From IMG/VR virus record IMGVR_UViG_3300015262_000002, positions 39,828-103,827 of that record: a DNA stretch of 64,000 nucleotides. One strand, given 5' to 3'. The translations under genes and the position numbers were made by a program. The notes below the pieces were generated by a model, which saw only the letters and a list, made by a program, of their open reading frames with translations, had not been told where the DNA came from and made no database searches. How positions within the stretch are numbered: the first letter of the stretch is position 1; each line of letters begins with the position of its first letter. Source of the DNA: a virus. Taxonomy: Duplodnaviria > Heunggongvirae > Uroviricota > Caudoviricetes. This document shows, piece after piece, positions 55,600 through 64,000 of the stretch.

Positions 55600-56529
55600 T
55601 TGATTAAGCAAGTTAAAGAGTGGCATCGTGCAGCATTGGAACTTCGTGGTTATGGGTTTGGTAGTCGTAAGATTGCACAGAGCTTGGAAGTTGGTAAAAG
55701 TACAGTCAATGACTTCTTTGCCAAATATGACGCACAGTTGATCAAACCAGAGTTTGACAAGAAGAGTGGTCCGCGTATCCTGATCTATGATATTGAGACT
55801 GCTCCAATCCTTGCTCATGTGTGGAAATTGTGGGATAACAATGTCGGTCTTAATCAGATTGATTCTGATTGGTACATTATGTCTGTCTGTGCTAAATGGC
55901 TTGGTGAAGACGAAGTATTCTATTGGGATCAGAAAGATGTATACCCAATGGAAGATGACACATACTTGTTGTCTAAGTTGTGGTCGTTGTTGAACGAAGC
56001 AGACATTGTTATTGGTCAGAACGTCAAGAAGTTTGACACAAAGAAAGTGAATGCTCGCTTTGTACTCAATGGTTTCCCTAAACCAAGCGTATATCGCCAG
56101 ATTGATACAATGATCATTGCCAAAGAACAATTTGGTTTCACTTCTAATAAGTTGGAATACATGACTGACAAGTTGTGTCCAGAACATAAGAAGAGTAAAC
56201 ACAAAGAGTTCCCCGGTCATGAGCTGTGGTCTGAGTGTTTGAAAGGTAACCCATTAGCATGGGAAGAGATGAAAGCGTACAACATCGACGATGTACATGG
56301 CACTGAAGCGCTTTACAATGTATTGTCTTCTTGGGATAGCAAGTTGCCTAACTTTGACGTATATGTCGATGAAGTACTGGATATGTCTGAATGGGTCCAC
56401 GATGGTTTCCATTACACCAACTTGGCTAAGTACAAACTGTATCGCAATATCAATACAGGTGCACAACGTCGTTCTCGTGTGAATGAGTTGTCGAAAGAGA
56501 AACGTGGTCAACTGCTGGCTAACATCTAA
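55600..56529 (+). CDS. putative DEDD-family 3'-5' exonuclease with an N-terminal HTH
   Basis: TTG start with an AGGAGG SD. HTH-like RKIAQSLEVGKSTVNDFF, then an Exo I-like ILIYDIETAP. Confidence 0.45.
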   Translation: MIKQVKEWHRAALELRGYGFGSRKIAQSLEVGKSTVNDFFAKYDAQLIKPEFDKKSGPRILIYDIETAPILAHVWKLWDNNVGLNQIDSDWYIMSVCAKWLGEDEVFYWDQKDVYPMEDDTYLLSKLWSLLNEADIVIGQNVKKFDTKKVNARFVLNGFPKPSVYRQIDTMIIAKEQFGFTSNKLEYMTDKLCPEHKKSKHKEFPGHELWSECLKGNPLAWEEMKAYNIDDVHGTEALYNVLSSWDSKLPNFDVYVDEVLDMSEWVHDGFHYTNLAKYKLYRNINTGAQRRSRVNELSKEKRGQLLANI

Positions 56530-56568
56530 TTGTGTTGGGGTGAAAACCCCACTAATTCTGGAGAGAAT

Positions 56569-56742
56569 ATGATTTATTATGAAGTTGTAGAAGATGTCGG
56601 TGATGGTTATGCAACAGGTAATCGATTCCGTACATTCGATGAAGCTGAAGCCTATGCTGAAAAGTATGAAGGGTGTATGAATGGTGTTAGTAAGATTGAC
56701 ACTGACGCACTTGACTTCTACACCAATCTTGAGGATGAATAA
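56569..56742 (+). CDS. small protein of 57 aa
   Basis: GGAGAGAA SD. Confidence 0.35.
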   Translation: MIYYEVVEDVGDGYATGNRFRTFDEAEAYAEKYEGCMNGVSKIDTDALDFYTNLEDE

Positions 56743-57125
56743 TGATTGAGCGTAATGTAGACGCAATGGTTGAAGCTATTCGCAAATGGGAGTTGGATGC
56801 CGGTGAGGGTTTTGATGATTACTTCATGGCAAGTTGGCCTTCTGGTAGTTGGTTCTACTTCCTTCTAGGTAAAGGTCATACTGAATGGGCTAACAAACTC
56901 ATTAACGACTATGAAAGTAAAGGATATGTTTGCCAAGAAGAACAGTTCACAGGTTTTAATTGTTACCCAGAAGCAACCAGTACCAGTGATGGTCCATGGT
57001 CTGAAGAACAATATCTGAAGAACGTTCGTGTTTGGGCAGAGTTCCTTACAGAGAGTGACCAATATTATCGTCGAGTGAATGAGTTCATTGATGGTTATTT
57101 CAAACAAGATGAAGGAGACGAGTGA
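56742..57125 (+). CDS. hypothetical protein
   Basis: ORF. Confidence 0.45.
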   Translation: MIERNVDAMVEAIRKWELDAGEGFDDYFMASWPSGSWFYFLLGKGHTEWANKLINDYESKGYVCQEEQFTGFNCYPEATSTSDGPWSEEQYLKNVRVWAEFLTESDQYYRRVNEFIDGYFKQDEGDE

Positions 57126-57370
57126 TGAATTCTGAGAATTTTACATACTGGATTCAAGGGGCATTTGAACTTGGTCAAATCAAAGAGCTGAATGTAGAGC
57201 AAGTAAAGATCGTTAAAGACCATCTGAGTTTGGTATTCAATAAAGTCACACCAAATCGTTCTATCACACAGGAATTGGTTGATCGCTTCAAACAGACACC
57301 AATCACTAACGTGCCATTTCCGAGAATAGGTGACCTACCTGACGGTTTTGCATACCAAGCAACTTGTTAA
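57122..57370 (+). CDS. hypothetical protein
   Basis: ORF. Confidence 0.4.
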   Translation: MMNSENFTYWIQGAFELGQIKELNVEQVKIVKDHLSLVFNKVTPNRSITQELVDRFKQTPITNVPFPRIGDLPDGFAYQATC

Positions 57371-57380
57371 GGAGAATAAC

Positions 57381-57602
57381 ATGAAAGAACAGATCAAAGC
57401 GTTGATTAAATATCTCGAAGACAGTAACGATTTCACTGATGAATTCTACCTTACCTTCACTGGTCAGTTGAATGACGGTGATATCAGCGACTGGCATAAC
57501 AACCACTTTGATGACAACATTGAAGCAGGTAGTATTCTTGGTCAAACCATGTTGGCTGAAGAGATGATCAACAAACTTAAAGCAATTGTTGGAGAAGAGT
57601 AA
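57381..57602 (+). CDS. hypothetical protein
   Basis: AAGGAGAA SD. Confidence 0.4.
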   Translation: MKEQIKALIKYLEDSNDFTDEFYLTFTGQLNDGDISDWHNNHFDDNIEAGSILGQTMLAEEMINKLKAIVGEE

Positions 57603-57603
57603 T

Positions 57604-58107
57604 ATGTATCAGAAGTATACACCAGAAGTAAAGCGTTGGAATGAAGTAATGTTGAATGCACCGGGTGTAACTGATCAGGCGAACATTGCAAAGATCCAAC
57701 GTCAGAGTCGTTTTGTTGTAGAAGAAGCAAAAGAGATTCGTGATGGTGCTGATGCGCTTGATATCCGTGAGATGTTGGATGGTCATTTGGATACTCGATT
57801 TGTAAACGATCAGATTGGTGTCTATCTGGAAGCCATGGGTATTGACCTTCATGGTGCATGGCGTGAAGTGTGTCGGTCTAACAACAGTAAGTTCAGCACT
57901 GACTTCAACATGATGATTGCTAGTGCTGAAGACCTGTCTGAGCGCGTTGGTGATGAGGTTGTTGTTCAAATTGCACCGTATGCTGAAGGTCAACCAACAA
58001 CTTATATCCTGAAGCGTCTGGTTAACGGTAAGATCATGAAGCCAAGTTGCTTCAGTGAACCTGACCTAACACCGTTCATTCCAAAACATTTACTAGGAGA
58101 AGTGTAA
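57604..58107 (+). CDS. MazG-like nucleotide pyrophosphohydrolase
   Basis: An all-alpha EExxE-type region, VVEEAKEIRDGADALDIREMLDGHLD. Confidence 0.45.
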   Translation: MYQKYTPEVKRWNEVMLNAPGVTDQANIAKIQRQSRFVVEEAKEIRDGADALDIREMLDGHLDTRFVNDQIGVYLEAMGIDLHGAWREVCRSNNSKFSTDFNMMIASAEDLSERVGDEVVVQIAPYAEGQPTTYILKRLVNGKIMKPSCFSEPDLTPFIPKHLLGEV

Positions 58108-58772
58108 TGAGTAAATTTAAAGTAGGTGACAAAGTTAAAGTAGCAGAAGATTTTGAAACATGGCTGCAAGAAGGTATGACCAGAGATACGGTCCTTACCA
58201 TTATTGATGAACATGACTTTAAACAGGAAAGCTGGGTAAATGCTGATACTGATGAAATTGAAATCGAGGGTGTCAACAGTTACCCAGAAGACTTCGTGAA
58301 GGTTGTTACTATCACAAAGGAACAGACAGTTCGTTCTGATAATCAAGTTGACGGTGGTTGGTATTTGAACAAAGACGGTAACTTCGCAGTTGAAGGACTT
58401 GGTTTGGGTGTACCGAGTGTTGAAGAGCTGGGTGTGTATCGTCCAGATGTAGCTGAAAGGAAAGCTGATAAGATCCGCATGGAATTATTTGATGATGGGT
58501 TCCCGAACGCTGTCCTTGAGATTGCCAAGGTGATGACATGGGCACAAAAGGTGAAAGGGTACAAGGATCATGATTGGGTGAACCTTCCAGATGCTGAGAA
58601 TAGTTTAAAAGGTGCAGCCAGTCGTCACCGTCGAGATGCCAATGGTCAGAAGATGAGTGGTATTGCAGCAAATGAGCGTGTTGATCACGAATCAAAACTA
58701 CACCACTTGGCACATTCTGCTTTTAACGTGTTGGCTGAACTGGAGCTTATTTTAACTGGTAAAATTAAGTGA
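58107..58772 (+). CDS. hypothetical protein
   Basis: A 221-aa ORF coupled to the MazG-like gene. Confidence 0.45.
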   Translation: MSKFKVGDKVKVAEDFETWLQEGMTRDTVLTIIDEHDFKQESWVNADTDEIEIEGVNSYPEDFVKVVTITKEQTVRSDNQVDGGWYLNKDGNFAVEGLGLGVPSVEELGVYRPDVAERKADKIRMELFDDGFPNAVLEIAKVMTWAQKVKGYKDHDWVNLPDAENSLKGAASRHRRDANGQKMSGIAANERVDHESKLHHLAHSAFNVLAELELILTGKIK

Positions 58773-59374
58773 GGAAGCTTAGAAGGTCTGGTATACTGAT
58801 TTACGGTGTCGGTATAAATGATGCTGATTATTGTATTGAATATTTAGACGAAATTACCAACAAAAGGAAGAAGTGCATCTTCTACAAGAAATGGGTCGGG
58901 ATGTTAGAACGTTGTTATAGTGATAAGCTCAAAATTAAACATCCAACATATAAAGACTGCTCAGTTGTTCCTGAATGGTTGAGTTTTATGAACTTTCGTC
59001 GTTGGATGGAGAAGCAGGATTGGAAAGGTAAGCAACTCGATAAAGACCTTTTATTTGAAGGTAATAAGTTGTATGGTCCAGATAATTGCGTGTTTGTAGA
59101 CAGAAAGGTAAATACTTTTGTCCTAGATTGTGGTGCCGTAAAAGGTGATTACCCAACTGGTGTTTCTTTTCACCAACACACTGGTAAATATCAAGCTCAA
59201 TGTCATCAATCTGATAAAAGTAAATACTTGGGAGTGTTCGATACACCAGATGAAGCACATTCAGTGTGGCGAGAAGCCAAACATAAGCAGGCTACCATCC
59301 TTGCTGGACAACAAACAGACAAGCGTGTTGCAGACGCACTAATTAAAAGATATTGTAAAGGAGTAATTAAATGA
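58769..59374 (+). CDS. HNH/AP2-type homing-endonuclease-like protein, paralogous to 33431-34009
   Basis: WVGMLERCYS...YKDCSVVPEWLSFMNFRRWM, and an AP2-like GVSFHQHTGKYQAQCHQSDKSKYLGVFDTPDEAHSVWREAK. Confidence 0.5.
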   Translation: MRKLRRSGILIYGVGINDADYCIEYLDEITNKRKKCIFYKKWVGMLERCYSDKLKIKHPTYKDCSVVPEWLSFMNFRRWMEKQDWKGKQLDKDLLFEGNKLYGPDNCVFVDRKVNTFVLDCGAVKGDYPTGVSFHQHTGKYQAQCHQSDKSKYLGVFDTPDEAHSVWREAKHKQATILAGQQTDKRVADALIKRYCKGVIK

Positions 59375-59625
59375 TTGTCCAAGGTGTACAACGTAAGACG
59401 ATTGATATCGAGATTGATCCTGTAAGTTTCTTGAGTGATCTAGAGGAGACTTGGAAATCAATTATTCGTGTCCCTGACTCTGATATTAAAGCGGGTTATT
59501 GGATCAGTTACAAACCGGGAGATATGGGTATTATAGAAGTTCGTGGTCGCCTTGCGACTCAACGTGAAATGCTTATCTACAACGCTTTCGACACACTTCA
59601 AGATGTCGCATCAGATTGTAATTAA
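59371..59625 (+). CDS. hypothetical protein
   Basis: ORF. Confidence 0.4.
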   Translation: MIVQGVQRKTIDIEIDPVSFLSDLEETWKSIIRVPDSDIKAGYWISYKPGDMGIIEVRGRLATQREMLIYNAFDTLQDVASDCN

Positions 59626-59639
59626 ACGTCTGTTAGGTA

Positions 59640-60746
59640 TTGCTTTATAAGGGTGATTCATGTATAATGCTTCACCCAACCATACAAAAGGAGAGAACAG
59701 TGGTATTTAATGTAGATAGTACAAAAGCTACAATGTTGGCACATAGTAAGTCATCCGTTACAGGTAAAGAAGTATTCTCCCTTGAGTTGGAATTTCCCAG
59801 AATTGTACTTAGTGAGTGGAATACTCACAATGCTGTTTCTAAGAATGCAAGTAGTTCCCGTGCTATTCCTGTACCCACCATGATCAAACAAGTTCGTGAT
59901 AACCCTGCTTTCCCTGCTCGGTTTGGTAAAGCTAATACTGGTATGCAGGACAATGGTACGCACGATGCAATCATTCGCTTTAATGCCTCAGATGAAGATG
60001 GTAATCAGATTGCACTCGGTCCACATGACGCATGGGTTTACTCTGCAAACATTACAGCTGATTTAGCACAAGCTTGGTATGATGCAGGTTATGCGAAACA
60101 GATTTGTAACCGTTGGATTGAAACAGCTCAGATGATGAAAGTTGTAATGACTGCCACTGAGTTGAACAACTTGTTTTGGTTGCGCGATCATGGTGCTGCT
60201 GACCCAACTATTGCTGCTCTAGTTCGTAAAATCAAAGCTGCTGTAGAAGCTTCATGGCCTACGGTACTGCAACCGGGTGAATGGCATGTACCTTATTACA
60301 ACGAAGGGTATTGGATTCCTCATCGCACATTGGAAGTTTACCCTGAGATTGTTGTAGATAAATTCGGTCATAGTCTTGAACATGCTTTGATTATCAGTAG
60401 CTCGTGTTCGGCTCAAGTAAGTTATAGAAAGTTGGATGACACAATTGAGAAAGCCCGTGGTGTAGTTGCACGTTTGAATCTGCAAGGTGAAGAACCAGAT
60501 CAACCGGTTCATGCAAGTCCGTTGGAGCATCAATGCACTCCAATTGCTGAACAGTATGATGAACAGTATGATGATTTAAGTTTTGGCGGTGATGATGGAG
60601 ATGGAGATGTTAATGTCCCACAATACCCAAGTACATGGCAAGAAGGCATTACACATATGGATCGAGACGGTACATTATGTTCTGGTAACTTGAAAGGATT
60701 CATTCAACATCGTCAACTAGTACCAAACCACGTTAAGAAGGGGTAA
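59640..60746 (+). CDS. ThyX-like (flavin-dependent thymidylate synthase family) protein, diverged, with a C-terminal acidic extension
   Basis: THNAVSKNASSSR aligns with the ThyX signature RHR-x7-S-x-R at the same spacing, with RHR replaced by THN. The protein is 368 aa and lies next to nrdB/nrdA. Confidence 0.35.
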   Translation: MLYKGDSCIMLHPTIQKERTVVFNVDSTKATMLAHSKSSVTGKEVFSLELEFPRIVLSEWNTHNAVSKNASSSRAIPVPTMIKQVRDNPAFPARFGKANTGMQDNGTHDAIIRFNASDEDGNQIALGPHDAWVYSANITADLAQAWYDAGYAKQICNRWIETAQMMKVVMTATELNNLFWLRDHGAADPTIAALVRKIKAAVEASWPTVLQPGEWHVPYYNEGYWIPHRTLEVYPEIVVDKFGHSLEHALIISSSCSAQVSYRKLDDTIEKARGVVARLNLQGEEPDQPVHASPLEHQCTPIAEQYDEQYDDLSFGGDDGDGDVNVPQYPSTWQEGITHMDRDGTLCSGNLKGFIQHRQLVPNHVKKG

Positions 60747-60748
60747 TC

Positions 60749-60919
60749 ATGGAATACGCACAAGTCAAAAAAGCAGTGGATGTAGCTTGGGACGATTTCT
60801 TTCATACACTAAGTAACCATGGATTCACTAGTAGCCAAATTGTGACGTTGGAAAAACTTATTAATTACAAAGACAGCTTCAATGATGTTTTTGACTGTGT
60901 TATGGAGGTTGTTCGATGA
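60749..60919 (+). CDS. small ORF of 56 aa
   Basis: ATGA overlap with the downstream gene. Not in the ORF track. Confidence 0.25.
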   Translation: MEYAQVKKAVDVAWDDFFHTLSNHGFTSSQIVTLEKLINYKDSFNDVFDCVMEVVR

Positions 60920-61353
60920 GTGAATTAGCAGTAGAGAAGTTTGACCAACCACATGACTTCGATCAGTACTTGGGTCAGCTGGATATGGAACTTCACCCAC
61001 TATGGGAAAAGGCATGGATTGGTCAGGATCAAAAAGCATTTGAACAAATTCTACATGACATGGGTGCAGACCTGTCGCATGGTTATGACTTCCGAGTTTG
61101 TCTACATCGTGCCCGTACTTCCAACAAGGTTGAATATGGTGTCCGTGTAGGCTTCTTGGAGCGTACTGACAAGTGGTGGACTGATAACATGATGGCTACA
61201 TCAGATATTGTTCGAAACACCCACAACAGCCTGAGAGCGACTGGTATGCGTCAGTGTCTGAATGAAGACAGTGCATTGAATGAGGTAATGATGGAACAAG
61301 CAGCTAAGTATGCTGTCGTCGCAGATATTAAATGTAAGGAATTAGAAGTATGA
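60916..61353 (+). CDS. hypothetical protein
   Basis: ORF. Confidence 0.45.
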   Translation: MSELAVEKFDQPHDFDQYLGQLDMELHPLWEKAWIGQDQKAFEQILHDMGADLSHGYDFRVCLHRARTSNKVEYGVRVGFLERTDKWWTDNMMATSDIVRNTHNSLRATGMRQCLNEDSALNEVMMEQAAKYAVVADIKCKELEV

Positions 61354-62369
61354 GTGTGAAGTATCTCAGTCAAATTGAAACACCAACAGATTCATATGTA
61401 GCTCATTACCCTTGGGCTACGCAAATGGCAATTCAACAACAATCATTGTTCTGGCCCGCTGAAGAATTGGGTGTAGAGGATGATGAACAAGACTTTCGAA
61501 CTAACCTTACTGAAGGTGAACTTCACGGTATTCTGACAGCACAATCGATCCTAACCCAATACGAGTTGATGATTGGTGGTGATGAACTGTGGGGTGGTAA
61601 GATTGCACGGATGTTCCCACGTCCAGAGATTCAACGGATGGCTGCTTGTTTCTCAAACGTAGAGCTTGGTAGTCATGCTCCGTTTTATGCACTTGGTAAC
61701 GAGATTCTAGGTAAAGCAACTGATGAGTTTTACACCAGTTGGAAACTAGATCCAATCCTTGCTGAACGTATGGCGTTTATCAGTGAGTGTGCTGGTAGTA
61801 ATGATGCACTTGAGGTAACAGCCGCACTTGCTTTCCTTGAAGGTGCAATTCTGTTCTCTATCTTTGGTTATTTCAAAGGGTTCAACAGCCGTGGTTACAA
61901 CCTGATTCCGCACTTTGTCAGTGGTATTGACGGTAGTACGAAGGATGAAAACTTCCACTCCATTGCATCTGCTAACTTGTTTAATCAATGTAAGTCTGAG
62001 CGTAAGGAACTTGGTAATCACAGCACACGTCGTGACAACATCCTGAATGCCAAGATCGATAAGATCACAATGGATGTGTACAACCACGAACTGTTGATCA
62101 TCGATAAGATGTTTGAAGTTGGTGTGAACCGTGTTGTCAAGAAACAAGAGTGTATTGAGTTCCTTGAAGATCGTCTGGACATTGTTCGTAATCGTCTAGG
62201 TCGTCCACCAATGTTCAAGCGTGTTAAACAAGGTGTAATCAGTGGTTGGTTCTACCAGCAATTGTCTACCGTTAAAGTTCCAGATTTCTTTGCTGCAACA
62301 CAACTCCAGTACACACGTAATTGGTCTAAACACAAGCTAGGATTTAAAAAGGAGTTGGTTCAATGTTGA
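61350..62369 (+). CDS. nrdB: ribonucleotide reductase small subunit (class I R2)
   Basis: The size and overall sequence pattern of a ferritin-like R2 (LAFLEGAILFSIFGYF), with tight coupling to the nrdA start. Confidence 0.7.
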   Translation: MSVKYLSQIETPTDSYVAHYPWATQMAIQQQSLFWPAEELGVEDDEQDFRTNLTEGELHGILTAQSILTQYELMIGGDELWGGKIARMFPRPEIQRMAACFSNVELGSHAPFYALGNEILGKATDEFYTSWKLDPILAERMAFISECAGSNDALEVTAALAFLEGAILFSIFGYFKGFNSRGYNLIPHFVSGIDGSTKDENFHSIASANLFNQCKSERKELGNHSTRRDNILNAKIDKITMDVYNHELLIIDKMFEVGVNRVVKKQECIEFLEDRLDIVRNRLGRPPMFKRVKQGVISGWFYQQLSTVKVPDFFAATQLQYTRNWSKHKLGFKKELVQC

Positions 62370-64000
62370 TCGAAGATAATGTTGGTGAGATGCAAGAAGA
62401 AGAGTTGCAGAAGTTTGAACAACTGAGTAAAGAACGTAAAGAACTGCAAGCTAAAGGATTCCTACCTGACTGGTACAGCACTCAAGGTTGGCAGATGTTC
62501 AAAGAGAAGTATGCTTATCCCGGTGAAGCTGCTGTATACGGTCGTCATCGTAAGATTGCTAACACACTTGCCAAACATATGAAAGGTCGTGAAGTTGAAT
62601 GGGAAGAGAAGTTCTTCACAGAGCTTTGGGATGGTGTTCTGTCACCGTCGTCGCCTGCATTGGCTAACACAGGGACCACACGTGGCATGATGGTTGCTTG
62701 CTCTGGTCAAGTGGTTGGTGACAGTGTTGAAGAGTTCTACGATGGGATGAAAGAAACAGCATTGCTGTCTAAGCAAGGTTTTGGTACAAGTGCTAACTTC
62801 AGTCATATCCGTCCTCGTGGTGCACCTATTTCTACTGGTGGTAAGGCGAACGGTGCGGTTGAAGTAATCAATGACTATTTCAATACTGTGTCCAAGGTTA
62901 GTCAAGGTGGTGCACGTCGCGGTTCCATTGGTGCTTATCTGGACATCGAACATGGTGATTGGGACGAAGCGTGCGATTCACTTGCACATGATCATAACGG
63001 TAAAAATTATGGTTGGATCATCAAGGATACCTTCATTGAAAAGCTGAAAGCGAATGATCCTGAAGCTAACCGTCGATGGATCAAAGCTGTCTACACCAAG
63101 CTGATCACTGGTAAGGGTTACATCTTTAAGGTTGACTGTGCTAACCGTCATCGTCCACAAATGTACGTTGATTGGAACCTGTTCATTGAGGCTTCCAACC
63201 TTTGCACAGAGATTATGCTTCACAGTTCGGAGATGTTGACTTACTCGTGTATTCTGGCGTCAATGAACTTGGTTCATTGGGATACAATGCCACAACGTGA
63301 GTCTGTGTTCATTGGTGCTGTGTTCCTTGACTGTCTGTGCTCAGAGTTCATTGAAAAGTCAGCTGGAATCGTTGGTCTTGAAAAAGTAAGAGAGTTCACC
63401 ATTCGTGGTCGTGCTATTGGGTTGGGTGTGATGGGTTTCCATACGTATCTCCAAACCAATAAGATTCCGTACATTGGACTTGAAGCTCAGTTTTTGAGTA
63501 CTCGTATTGCTAAACACTTGAATGACGAATCACTTCGTGCTAGTCAATGGTTGGCTCAAGAGTATGGTAGTCCAATGTGGTGTGAAGGCTACGGTGTTCG
63601 CAATACTCACCGTACAGCTTATGCACCAACTAAGACATCCAGTTTGTTGATGGGTGGTGTGAGTGAGTCATGGTTCCCTGATCCGGGTATGATCTTTGAT
63701 GCTGGTTCAAGTGTTGGTGAGCTTCGTCGTATTCCACCAGTGTTTTACCAGTTCATGAAAGACAAGGGTGTCTACACTGAGGAAGTCGTTAAAGATATCA
63801 TTGACAACCTCGGTTCTATTCAACATGTCGATTGGGCAACTGATGAAGAGAAGCTGGTGTATCTCAATGCTTTTGAGATGGACCAAGAGATTCTTCTACG
63901 TCATGCTAGTCAACGACAACCTCACACTTGTCAAGGACAGAGTTTGAATTTCTACGTACCAGAAGATGGTAGTGAGGATCTGATTGCCACGCTGCTTACC
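62363..64000 (+). CDS. nrdA: ribonucleotide reductase large subunit, 3'-truncated by the window edge
   Basis: ATG at 62363 overlaps the nrdB stop. The frame stays open to the window end. Not listed in the ORF track because it has no stop. Confidence 0.65.
   Translation, partial: MLIEDNVGEMQEEELQKFEQLSKERKELQAKGFLPDWYSTQGWQMFKEKYAYPGEAAVYGRHRKIANTLAKHMKGREVEWEEKFFTELWDGVLSPSSPALANTGTTRGMMVACSGQVVGDSVEEFYDGMKETALLSKQGFGTSANFSHIRPRGAPISTGGKANGAVEVINDYFNTVSKVSQGGARRGSIGAYLDIEHGDWDEACDSLAHDHNGKNYGWIIKDTFIEKLKANDPEANRRWIKAVYTKLITGKGYIFKVDCANRHRPQMYVDWNLFIEASNLCTEIMLHSSEMLTYSCILASMNLVHWDTMPQRESVFIGAVFLDCLCSEFIEKSAGIVGLEKVREFTIRGRAIGLGVMGFHTYLQTNKIPYIGLEAQFLSTRIAKHLNDESLRASQWLAQEYGSPMWCEGYGVRNTHRTAYAPTKTSSLLMGGVSESWFPDPGMIFDAGSSVGELRRIPPVFYQFMKDKGVYTEEVVKDIIDNLGSIQHVDWATDEEKLVYLNAFEMDQEILLRHASQRQPHTCQGQSLNFYVPEDGSEDLIATLLT

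Noticed and set aside
1-64000. CRISPR arrays, retrons/DGRs, integrase/attachment sites, rRNA
   Set aside because: No regularly spaced short direct repeats, reverse-transcriptase motifs, tyrosine/serine recombinase motifs or rRNA-like sequence were found on either strand.

Overview
This window reads as one contiguous piece of a tailed phage (siphovirus-like) genome, about 42-45% GC. It runs in six parts. (1) A tRNA gene cluster at ~870-2280 holds about nine tRNAs driven by consensus sigma70 promoters; at least two have unusual structure. (2) A lambda-like morphogenesis module at 2.8-26.7 kb follows the order TerS/TerL, portal, S49 prohead protease-scaffold, decoration protein, major capsid, head-tail joining proteins, major tail V, G/GT with a -1 frameshift, tape measure, M, L, K, I and J, then tail fibers. 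(3) A lysis cassette at 26.7-28.4 kb carries a SAR endolysin, a pinholin and overlapped spanins. (4) A leftward early operon on the minus strand at 28.4-35.6 kb carries many small ORFs, an ATP-dependent RNA-ligase-family enzyme, an SF1 UvrD-like helicase and an HNH/AP2 homing-endonuclease-like gene. (5) A divergent back-to-back promoter region sits at ~35.6 kb. (6) A rightward early and replication region at 36-64 kb carries many small ORFs, an EF-Ts-motif protein, a promoter-driven 164-nt tRNA-like RNA, an SPFH lipoprotein plus NfeD-like module, a DnaG-DnaB primase-helicase, a DNA polymerase with exo domain, an SSB-like protein, a FEN/5'-3' exonuclease, a DEDD exonuclease, MazG-like and ThyX-like proteins, NrdB, and the start of NrdA (truncated at the window end). 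Where a product name is given it rests on motif recognition by eye, not on database searches. The most unusual items are the 164-nt tRNA-like RNA with its own consensus promoter immediately upstream of an SPFH/NfeD-like membrane module, a small early protein with an EF-Ts N-terminal signature, a diverged ThyX-like enzyme, and the tRNA-cluster/RNA-ligase pairing that suggests counter-defence against anticodon nucleases.
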